64,000 bases of DNA, from assembly GCA_963676165.1 (NCBI GenBank), contig OY781043.1:3769342-3833341 (forward strand), written 5' to 3'. The position numbers and the translations under genes were made by a program. The notes beneath the pieces were generated by a model that saw only the letters and a list, made by a program, of their open reading frames with translations, was not told where the DNA came from and did no database searches. This document shows, one piece after another, positions 27,459 to 35,548 of the stretch. Position 1 is the stretch's first letter. Each line of letters opens with the position of its first letter. Source of the stretch: Bacteroidales bacterium. Lineage in GTDB: Bacteria; Bacteroidota; Bacteroidia; Bacteroidales; ML635J-15.

Positions 27459-28679
27459 TTAAAAACTCCATTTCCCTCGCAAAAAGGCATAAGTTCCACC
27501 GCCACCTTCATTGGTTGGGATATCGCTAAAGAAGCTTTGTGCAGTAATATCAAACATGAAATTTTTGGAAATGGAAAAAGAGCATGCCGGTCCTACATAG
27601 GTGAAATTATTTTGTGGTGAATACATACCTGAGAAACTAAGATTGATTAGAGGCGATATCGGATAGGTAAAATTTGCAAAGAAAGTCCAACGATTATAGG
27701 AAAGATTTTTCGCAGAAATCCGTTGGGTATAAAAATCGGATAAATTGAATGGTCTATCCTTATCAATCGCTGAGTTAAACATTACTTCAGCTTGTATCAT
27801 GCTACCATTTTTAAAGCTATAATCGGATCCTATACTGGCAATAAATGTTCCATTACTATCTGCAGCATACTCAATTGGATGAAAATATGACACTTCTCCT
27901 CTCAAGGCAGCATTCCACAAATTTCCTGACCACCCCATGCCGGCAACATAATCTTCGCTATTAAAAACACCTGCCAAAACTTGGATATCGTATTGCCATT
28001 TATTGAATTGATAGAGTGCTGCAGCAGTCATATTGGTATCTCGATTAACAGCAGCAGCAATTTCTAAGCGAGAGGCATAATTCAGATAGTACTGCGCACG
28101 GAAGGCATCGCTGCCGGGTTTTTCTTCGTAATCGAAATCAAAATACGAATAGGCGTTAAAAATATCGTTGGGATTCCAGACAAAACTCTGTCCCCAATTA
28201 ATACGCTGTCGCCCAGCAGTAATGTCCCATTTTCCTTTTTGAAATTTCAGAAAAGCCCTGTCAATACTGGTATTTAGAAAATAGGAATCTCCTTTTATCA
28301 CATTGTGATTGAGATTGAAAAAGCCAGAATCAAATTCTGTTTCATCCACAAAATTATAAGTGCCTGCAGCTCCTAAAAGTGCATTAAATGGTGGCTGTGA
28401 AAATGTAACCATCTCACCAAAATATAAACGATTTCGTAAAGACACTTGTGCACTAAGGTAATTTTTTGAATAATAGGCAATATCAAAGCGATTGTGAATA
28501 AGGGAATTTGTTATCCACATACTGTCAAGCTCCTGAAAAGAAATCATTTCCATATATTTAACATAGCCATTTACGACCAGTTTATTTTGAGCTTTTCCAC
28601 TCATGCTTATGATGAGTAAAAATGGGATCAATAGGTATAACTTTTTCATAGGTCTCGCTTTGCTATATTTCAATTTCAC
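27459..28679 (-). CDS. outer-membrane beta-barrel protein (last gene of the Lol-like operon)
   Basis: Signal peptide, alternating hydrophobic beta-strand pattern rich in aromatic residues, and a C-terminal ...RGKWSF ending in Phe. Confidence 0.6.
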   Translation of the reverse strand: MKLKYSKARPMKKLYLLIPFLLIISMSGKAQNKLVVNGYVKYMEMISFQELDSMWITNSLIHNRFDIAYYSKNYLSAQVSLRNRLYFGEMVTFSQPPFNALLGAAGTYNFVDETEFDSGFFNLNHNVIKGDSYFLNTSIDRAFLKFQKGKWDITAGRQRINWGQSFVWNPNDIFNAYSYFDFDYEEKPGSDAFRAQYYLNYASRLEIAAAVNRDTNMTAAALYQFNKWQYDIQVLAGVFNSEDYVAGMGWSGNLWNAALRGEVSYFHPIEYAADSNGTFIASIGSDYSFKNGSMIQAEVMFNSAIDKDRPFNLSDFYTQRISAKNLSYNRWTFFANFTYPISPLINLSFSGMYSPQNNFTYVGPACSFSISKNFMFDITAQSFFSDIPTNEGGGGTYAFLRGKWSF

Positions 28680-28688
28680 TCCAAACTT

Positions 28689-29372
28689 TTAACGACTTTC
28701 ATCCGATTTGATTTTTCCATCTTCAACGGTAATAATGCGTCTTGCTTTATTCACTACGCGCTGATCATGTGTGGAAAAGATGAATGTAATGTTCTCTTTT
28801 TCATTCAGCTCCTGCATAATATTTAGCAAGTTTTCAGTGGATGCTGAATCTAAATTTGCTGTTGGTTCATCGGCGAGTATAAACTTTGGACGCGAAGCCA
28901 ATGCCCTTGCTACAGCGACACGTTGCTGCTGTCCTCCGGACATTTTTCCTGGACGACTTTTTAAGCGATCACCTAAGCCTACAGCTTCAAGCATTTCAAT
29001 AGCACGCTGCTCCCGTTCTTTCTTATTCCATTTTTGCATCTGCATTATGAATTCCACATTTTCTTTGGCTGTCAATACCGGAATTAAATTGTATGCTTGA
29101 AACACAAATCCAATATTTTTTAATCGAAAATCAATGATTTGCTTATTGCTCAACTCTCCTATTTGAACGCCATCAATAATCACTTCGCCTTCTGTTGGTT
29201 TATCAAGACCTCCAAGCATATTCAAAAGTGTGGTTTTTCCTGATCCTGAAGGACCCACAATGGCAGTAAATTCACCTTGTTCAATTTCTAAATTTATACC
29301 ATTAACAGCATGGACAGGAATTTCGCTTCCGTTATAAATTTTATGGAGATTTTTGGTTTCTATAATTTTCAT
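28689..29372 (-). CDS. ABC transporter ATP-binding protein (LolD/MacB-type)
   Basis: Walker A GPSGSGKTT, signature MSGGQQQRVAVARAL and Walker B ILADEPT. Confidence 0.92.
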   Translation of the reverse strand: MKIIETKNLHKIYNGSEIPVHAVNGINLEIEQGEFTAIVGPSGSGKTTLLNMLGGLDKPTEGEVIIDGVQIGELSNKQIIDFRLKNIGFVFQAYNLIPVLTAKENVEFIMQMQKWNKKEREQRAIEMLEAVGLGDRLKSRPGKMSGGQQQRVAVARALASRPKFILADEPTANLDSASTENLLNIMQELNEKENITFIFSTHDQRVVNKARRIITVEDGKIKSDESR

Positions 29373-29390
29373 GATATCTGGTTTTTAAAA

Positions 29391-30614
29391 TTAATTACTA
29401 CTGATAATTTCAGCCGGTTTCATTTTTCCGGCGCGTAATATTGGGAAGATCGCAGCCACCAAAGCTGTCACAATAACCAAGGCAACAATTTGCAGATAAA
29501 AACTCGCATTGATTTCCGGATAAAGTACTGCGCTAAACCCAAAGGAAGAAAATCCCTCTGCGTATTTACTTAAATCGATGCCATTTCTTGCGGTTAAGCT
29601 TACCAAGACTTGATTTAGCGCCAAGCCTGCAAAAGAACCAATGGCAGTTAGGAAAAGGGTTTCCAAAATAATCATACGACGAATTTTGCCTTGATGCATT
29701 CCCACAGCCATCAACATGCCTAGTTCTTTTTTCCGTTCTAAAATTGACATAAGCATGGTATTGATGATACCGAAAGCCAAAGCAAACATAATGATTGCAA
29801 CTAAATACCAAAGGAACTGCTCTGTCATCATGTTCATCATTCCGAGATCAGGATTAATTTCTTTCCAATTTTTCCCTTCAAATTGCCCAGGTAAAAGCTT
29901 TCCAAGTTCTGCACTACGCTCTACTAGGTCTTCATTATCGACAAATCGGGTAATTATTTCATGAGAATCTTCAGGAGAAAATCCTGCAATAGACTCTAAA
30001 TCTGATCGTTTCACAAAAACATGAAACTGGTCATACATAGTATTGTCCGTTTGATAAATGCCCACAATCCGATATGCTCCACCAGTTAAATCTCCATTAT
30101 TTCCTAAAAATGTAATGACAGGTTTTGAGCGCATTTTAATTTTTAATTCCTCCGCCATTGTGCTGGAAATGATGAGTTGATTTTTTGTGTCACTATCAAA
30201 ATAACTGCCTTCAATGATTGCGTTTTCAAGCTCAGTGACTTTCATCTCATCTTCGGGATTAACCCCGATTAAAACTGCTCCTGTATTTTGATAGGCAGAT
30301 GCTATGCTGCAATCAATTTTAAGTCGAGAGCTGCTTGCCTCAACAAAATCCTTTTGGTTGATCTGAGCCAGTAGAAGGTTAACATTCTGCATGTAATTTC
30401 CAACTTCAGGATTGTCTAAAAACCCTTGCATATGCACCTGATAATGCGATGATTCTATGTCTATGGCTTTATCTATTCGCTGATTTACTGCTCCTATCAT
30501 AACGGCAGTCGAAAAACCACCACCTATCATTCCAAATGTCACGGCAATAATTACCACAAGACTACGCGAAGGGTTTCTCCAAATATTTCGCCAAGCTATT
30601 TTTATAAGTTCCAT
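29391..30614 (-). CDS. ABC transporter permease (FtsX/MacB-type)
   Basis: N-terminal AWRNIWRN TM helix, a large periplasmic domain and a C-terminal 3-TM FtsX domain. Confidence 0.88.
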   Translation of the reverse strand: MELIKIAWRNIWRNPSRSLVVIIAVTFGMIGGGFSTAVMIGAVNQRIDKAIDIESSHYQVHMQGFLDNPEVGNYMQNVNLLLAQINQKDFVEASSSRLKIDCSIASAYQNTGAVLIGVNPEDEMKVTELENAIIEGSYFDSDTKNQLIISSTMAEELKIKMRSKPVITFLGNNGDLTGGAYRIVGIYQTDNTMYDQFHVFVKRSDLESIAGFSPEDSHEIITRFVDNEDLVERSAELGKLLPGQFEGKNWKEINPDLGMMNMMTEQFLWYLVAIIMFALAFGIINTMLMSILERKKELGMLMAVGMHQGKIRRMIILETLFLTAIGSFAGLALNQVLVSLTARNGIDLSKYAEGFSSFGFSAVLYPEINASFYLQIVALVIVTALVAAIFPILRAGKMKPAEIISSN

Positions 30615-30630
30615 AATTCTCTATTATTAG

Positions 30631-31845
30631 TTAACGAATGGCTTTTGATACATTAATTTTAAATACTGAAAGCAAAGGGTATGCTATGGCAAGTAATGCA
30701 ATAATAAGTATGACAATGGTTTGCCCGGTAAAATATCCTGATTCCCATGCAATCGGCATGATTGGTTCCATTCCATATGTGTTCATTATTTCTGCGACAT
30801 CTCCGGAAAAGTTGAGTGGATTGAGGTGGAGATAATACATCACAGGTAAACTTGCCCCAATAGCCAGTACAATTCCAACCATAACAATAAATAGTGTTTC
30901 GAGAGTTACCAATATTGCAAGTTTGGTTTTCTGCATTCCTACCGATACCATGATGGCAAACTCTTTTCGTCGCTCAGCAATCATCATAAGCACAGTACCG
31001 AATATTCCGAATCCTATGACGATATAAAGTATCATTAGAATAATCATACCACTGGCATTATCGGCTTCTATACCTTGTAAAATTTCCGGAGACATGGTTT
31101 CCCAATGCATTACTTCATAATCATCAGGTAAAATAGTTTCAATCTGAGTAGTTGTTTCTTTAAAGAGTTCATTATCTTCCAACATGACAACCCACGCAGT
31201 TAAACCTCCATACAGACTTAAATATTCTTGGGCGACTTGAATGTCCATGTATGAAATTTGACGGTTAATTCTTGGATCAGGATAGGAAATGACTCCCAAA
31301 ACAGGATACAATCCGGCAGCCGAGAATCCATGATAACCTTGCCCAATATAAACGGCAGTATCCCCAACTTTAAGATCCAAATATGTGGCCAATTGCTCAC
31401 CAAGAACAACACCAGATTCTCCTGTTTTTGGAAATCTTCCAGCGATAAGCTTATCTTTCAATTTGGTTAACTGATCATCTTTCTCCGCATCAATACCCAT
31501 AATCATGGCAGGCTTCGATTTCTTATCGGTCGCAATGAGAGAACCACCTTGAAGACGAGGCAAAAGATCAGCCACATTCTCCTGCGCTAAAATCAGGCTT
31601 TTTAAACTGTCATTTACAAAAAAACTGTTATCTAAAATTTGATCGTCCTGATATCCATCGGCATGAATTTGGACATATCCACTGTAATACTCTACTGAGT
31701 TTTTCACCATACTATCGTATGTTCCCAGTTGTAGTCCCCGCATCAGTATTGCCAGGAACAAGGCAAAGAAAACCGAAGAAACTGTAATCAGTGTTCGTTT
31801 TCTATTCCTCCATATGTTTCGCCATGCAAGTTTTGTGTAGTTCAT
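30631..31845 (-). CDS. ABC transporter permease (FtsX/MacB-type), second copy
   Basis: Same architecture as 29391-30614 (LAWRNIWRNRKRT..., periplasmic domain, FtsX C-terminus). Confidence 0.88.
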   Translation of the reverse strand: MNYTKLAWRNIWRNRKRTLITVSSVFFALFLAILMRGLQLGTYDSMVKNSVEYYSGYVQIHADGYQDDQILDNSFFVNDSLKSLILAQENVADLLPRLQGGSLIATDKKSKPAMIMGIDAEKDDQLTKLKDKLIAGRFPKTGESGVVLGEQLATYLDLKVGDTAVYIGQGYHGFSAAGLYPVLGVISYPDPRINRQISYMDIQVAQEYLSLYGGLTAWVVMLEDNELFKETTTQIETILPDDYEVMHWETMSPEILQGIEADNASGMIILMILYIVIGFGIFGTVLMMIAERRKEFAIMVSVGMQKTKLAILVTLETLFIVMVGIVLAIGASLPVMYYLHLNPLNFSGDVAEIMNTYGMEPIMPIAWESGYFTGQTIVILIIALLAIAYPLLSVFKINVSKAIR

Positions 31846-31851
31846 GAGATT

Positions 31852-31914
31852 GATTGCTAATTGCTAATTGCTAATTGCTAATTGCTAATTGCTGATTGCT
31901 GATTGCTGATTGCT
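31852..31914. repeat. heptamer tandem array (ATTGCTA x5, ATTGCTG x3, ATTGCTA x1)
   Basis: Nine contiguous 7-bp units read directly from the sequence, lying between the permease start and the four-helix-bundle gene stop. Confidence 0.95.
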
Positions 31915-31949
31915 ATACTTCGAAATTAATCAGTGTAAATTTTTGTTTG

Positions 31950-32321
31950 TTAATATTTAAGGTTTTTTTGAGTTAATAGAATTAGCACATTAATTTCTTT
32001 TAATATTTCATCAATAAGTAAATTCAACTCTTTATATTGCTCTTCATTAATTAGATTTCTTCGGTATGATTTATTAAGCCAATCCATACATTCAAATCCT
32101 GAACCTCTTGAATATCTATAAAAATTGATTTTGTCTTTTTTAAAATGTCTCCCTTGACTTTCTGCAATATTTGCGGAAATTGAATCTGCTGCTCGTGTAA
32201 ATTGTGAACCTATTGTTTTCTTTTCAAAGCTTCCCCATTTAGAGACAAATTCCCACACTGTATCTGAAAACTCAGTTGCTTTTTGGTAGGCAGGGATGTC
32301 TGTTATTTCAAATATTTTCAT
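31950..32321 (-). CDS. four-helix-bundle protein (23S rRNA intervening-sequence protein / Avd-like family)
   Basis: Family-typical core QFTRAADSISANIAESQGR. The start is moved to ATG 32321 (MKIFEITD), because the ORF-track extension translates the heptamer array. Confidence 0.8.
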   Translation of the reverse strand: MKIFEITDIPAYQKATEFSDTVWEFVSKWGSFEKKTIGSQFTRAADSISANIAESQGRHFKKDKINFYRYSRGSGFECMDWLNKSYRRNLINEEQYKELNLLIDEILKEINVLILLTQKNLKY

Positions 32322-32323
32322 GA

Positions 32324-32393
32324 TGTTACTTGTTGATTGTTGATTGTTGATTGTTTTTTTATGTTCAATAGACAATTAGCTATTAGCAATTGA
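32324..32393. repeat. heptamer arrays on the other side of the four-helix-bundle gene
   Basis: TGTTACT, TGTTGAT x3 and TGTTTTT at 32324-32358, then CAATTAG CTATTAG CAATTGA at 32373-32393. The latter is the reverse complement of the 31852-31914 unit. Confidence 0.85.
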
Positions 32394-32403
32394 CATTTAA
32401 GTT

Positions 32404-33147
32404 TCATCTAATCCGTTTCATATTCATTTGACTAAAGAATGCCTCTGTTAAATCAAAATTAAAATCAACTTCTTTCATAGTCATGATGGTTTTGTGACCT
32501 TCTTTGTCTTCAGGAATGGTTTCAAAGCAAGTTGTAATTTCTTCACCACCCATTACTTTTACATCAGAAGCAATTTCAGTTTTTACGAGATAATTATCCT
32601 CATCGAAATACTCCGTTTTAAACATGTGTTTCCCATTTTTAGAAATTAATGCAACAATTTTCCCCCATACAACAGGTGCATCTGGGTGAGGAATAAACTC
32701 TATTTTCCAGCATTCATAGCCGTCATGTGTTTCTGTTCCTAGGATTTTGTGTGTATAATCGTTGACAATACTCGCTTGATTGATTAAATCATCGTTCGTA
32801 AAATCTGAACCCATCCAAGATTGCATCATCATTGAAGGAGGAAGCTTAATCATTCGATTAATTTTTGGTTGCCAATTCCACATTTCTTTATCACGCTTCA
32901 TGAAAACTTGTCCCTTTTCTTGTGCTGGCGCTGAGATATATACCATGGAATAATCCATTCCCAAAGCCCAAGTTTTCATACTGATACTTCGTGTCCAATT
33001 CGGACGAACAATTTCCATCGTCATTTCAATGTAACTCGATGTCCCATTGACCTTCTCATACGATTCACGTACAATTTCAGTGGCATCCTGTGCTTGCACA
33101 AAATATCCTGTTAACAACACATAAATTAGAATACTTAATTTTTTCAT
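32404..33147 (-). CDS. outer-membrane lipoprotein-sorting protein (LolA-like fold)
   Basis: Signal peptide plus family-typical WNWQPKINRMIKLPPSMMMQSWMGSDFTNDDL. Confidence 0.8.
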   Translation of the reverse strand: MKKLSILIYVLLTGYFVQAQDATEIVRESYEKVNGTSSYIEMTMEIVRPNWTRSISMKTWALGMDYSMVYISAPAQEKGQVFMKRDKEMWNWQPKINRMIKLPPSMMMQSWMGSDFTNDDLINQASIVNDYTHKILGTETHDGYECWKIEFIPHPDAPVVWGKIVALISKNGKHMFKTEYFDEDNYLVKTEIASDVKVMGGEEITTCFETIPEDKEGHKTIMTMKEVDFNFDLTEAFFSQMNMKRIR

Positions 33148-33158
33148 AATCTGCAGTT

Positions 33159-33737
33159 TTAATGAGATTCACTTGAATAATGAGCAATTATTTTGTCTCT
33201 TAATTTATCGATATTCATCACTTCGGGAGCAAAAGCATATTGCATTAATGCACCTTTGAGTAAAGATGAAAAATAGACTAGTTCAGTTTCCATATCATCA
33301 GGGTACTGTTTTGAAAAGTAGGAATAAAATAAGCCCATGATATTTTGAGAAATTGTTCCTAGCTTAGTCTGTATAATTTCCAACATCTTAGGCTGCAATA
33401 ACAAACTAAACATGAGCTTCCAAAATTTTTGATTGGCTTTGACGTTCTCAAATACATCATAAATAAATTGAATAAACTCCTCATGGCTGATTTCACCATC
33501 ATGATTGGCATCAAAATCACGATATATCTCTTTTACAGCATTAAGTACAATCTCAGATAACATCTTATCTTTACTCTCAAAATAGTTGTATAGATTTCCT
33601 TTTGATATACCAACTCCTTTCGAAATTTTCGCCATAGATACTGTATCATATCCTTCACTCGAAAATAAATTGAGCGATACATCCATGATCTTTTTTCGAG
33701 TCGCCTCTTTCTGCTTTGTTTTTACATTCTCTTTCAT
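33159..33737 (-). CDS. TetR/AcrR family transcriptional regulator with an EF-hand loop
   Basis: HTH VSMAKISKGVGISKGNLYNYFESK, with DANHDGEISHEEF in the ligand domain. The start is moved to ATG 33737 (MKENVKTK). Confidence 0.85.
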   Translation of the reverse strand: MKENVKTKQKEATRKKIMDVSLNLFSSEGYDTVSMAKISKGVGISKGNLYNYFESKDKMLSEIVLNAVKEIYRDFDANHDGEISHEEFIQFIYDVFENVKANQKFWKLMFSLLLQPKMLEIIQTKLGTISQNIMGLFYSYFSKQYPDDMETELVYFSSLLKGALMQYAFAPEVMNIDKLRDKIIAHYSSESH

Positions 33738-33745
33738 AATTTCAC

Positions 33746-33769
33746 TGACTGAACGGTCAGTCAAATATA
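33746..33769 (-). promoter_or_regulatory. candidate TetR operator palindrome overlapping a -7 box
   Basis: TGACTGA-ACGG-TCAGTCA (33746-33763) lies 9 nt upstream of the tetR ATG. On the minus strand, TATATTTG (33762-33769) abuts it. Confidence 0.5.
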
Positions 33770-33899
33770 CAGCAGTCAAATATCAATTTCCAAATATTTT
33801 TTGTTAAATTTCATCACTATCCGATAAAAAAATAAAATCACTTCTTTGATCTTACAAACACCTGATAAACTGTGAATTGTATTTTTGATACAATGTTTT

Positions 33900-34760
33900 T
33901 GGACAGTAAGCCACCTAAAACAAAGTTGATTGCATTAATTCGTCATATGTTTTTTGCCAATCTTTGTCTGGATTTTCAAGGAGTTTGAGCAGATAAATGT
34001 AATTAACGTGAATTCGATCTAAGAAATCCAAATCAGCTTCAAAAGATTTTTTCATATCAAATGAAATTTTTGAAAGACTATCGGGATAATTTGAGAAAAT
34101 TTCATGAACGAATATGGGGAAATATTTGAAGCCTGTAAAGGAAAGTCATTTTAATACCATCTTTTGCCTAAAAAATCCTTGAAGTAACCCGTTACTACTT
34201 CGTATTTTGTTAGGCTAAATCTGACATCAAAATGACTTTCTGTTTTAGATTTCTTACGTCGAACTCACGTTAATTGAATAAATGAATCTTACAAAAACTG
34301 ACCAAATTTGAAAAAGCCCACTATCTTTTTAACATTTTCTGGACAACTGTCATTATTAGGTTTGCGATTAGAACACAGTATAGGACTCATTGTCTTTTAT
34401 TTCGTGTAACAAAACCTGACTTGCTTGAGTAAGTTTATTAAAAATTTATAATCATTGTATCCTTTATCAAAAACGTAGATTGTGTTTGAATCAATATCGT
34501 TTTCTAAAAGCACAAATAGATTTTGATTACAGAACTCCTCCAAACCATTTTGGGCACAGTTTCATCAACATTAATTACCGTATGGAGTTTTATTCCACCC
34601 TTCTTTTTTCCATTTTGAGGATTCTGCCCAAATTCCTTTGTAAATGTCGAGCATAGGGATGTATCTCTTTGATTTCAGACAATTGATTGCAATACTTACT
34701 CAAAAAATTTAGCATTAAGCTCTTCACATATAAATCATTCACTAACTCTTTAAAAAGCAA
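33900..34760 (-). pseudogene. decayed DDE transposase (IS4/IS5-like) remnant
   Basis: The minus-strand translation gives DSNTIYVFDKGYNDYKF (34448-34498) and ...WAESSKWKKEGWNKTPYG..., resembling WAEFRKTKGGIKLHT-type IS4 transposases. It is broken by several stops and frameshifts. No ORF of 60 aa or more. Confidence 0.6.
34000..34277. mobile_element. MITE-like element inside the transposase remnant
   Basis: 35-bp terminal inverted repeats (34001-34035 versus 34241-34275, 30/35 match), no ORF, and a flanking direct repeat ATAAATG (33993-33999 and 34278-34284). Confidence 0.5.
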
Positions 34761-34970
34761 TTATTATAACTGGATTTTTTCAGATTAAATTTGCATATTT
34801 GAACTTTATAATGAGCTTACAAATAGACGTATTTAAAAGTCACACTTCAATTCGTATTATTTGAACAGCAAGTTAAAACAACAACACTACCTCTTTGTTA
34901 TATTGACAAATAGGTAATTTAAAACTCTCAATTTAAACATACATTTAGAATTTTTTTGAGGAGAAATAAT

Positions 34971-35546
34971 ATGTTTAGACATCCTTGCTTAATTTTTATT
35001 TTGATAGGTTTCGTGTTTTCAAACCAATGCATGTCGCAATCTGACGAAGACACTTTTAATAAATATTTTAAAATAAATTCGTCTTATGTTTTTGGTGGTC
35101 AAATTTATAATGACGATTTCTTGTACAATCCCGGTTATACAATTCAGTTAAGCCATGGATATAATGTTTCAAAAGGCATTTTTCTAGGTCTGGGCTCTGG
35201 TTTTATTAATTTGAAAGATCATCAGTTTGTCCCTGTTTTTATTGAGATCACAGGCGACAAAAAAAAGAAATCAAATACCCCGTTTATAAAATTTCAAGGT
35301 GGTTATTCTTTTGCTTTCGATAAATCTGCAATTGAATTGAAAAACTATGATTTGTCCGGAGGCATTTACGTTAACATGGGTCTGGGACATCGTATTGAAT
35401 TAAATGATTCATTTTCATTATTATTCGAGTGTTCATATTGCCATCAGGCTTCAAAAATGGAATATCAACTATTCAATGATAACAATTACACACAGGCTAT
35501 GAACTATGATTATATCATGCTATCTGTTGGGTTAATAATTTTATAG
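34971..35546 (+). CDS. small outer-membrane beta-barrel-like protein
   Basis: Signal peptide with a G/Y/F-rich alternating pattern. The start is moved to ATG 34971. Confidence 0.45.
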   Translation: MFRHPCLIFILIGFVFSNQCMSQSDEDTFNKYFKINSSYVFGGQIYNDDFLYNPGYTIQLSHGYNVSKGIFLGLGSGFINLKDHQFVPVFIEITGDKKKKSNTPFIKFQGGYSFAFDKSAIELKNYDLSGGIYVNMGLGHRIELNDSFSLLFECSYCHQASKMEYQLFNDNNYTQAMNYDYIMLSVGLIIL

Positions 35547-35548
35547 TA

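Noticed and set aside
31852-31914. Possible CRISPR array, given the regular short repeats.
   Set aside because: The units are contiguous 7-bp tandem repeats with no spacers. The repeat length is far below CRISPR repeats (about 24-48 bp), and no cas genes are present in the window.
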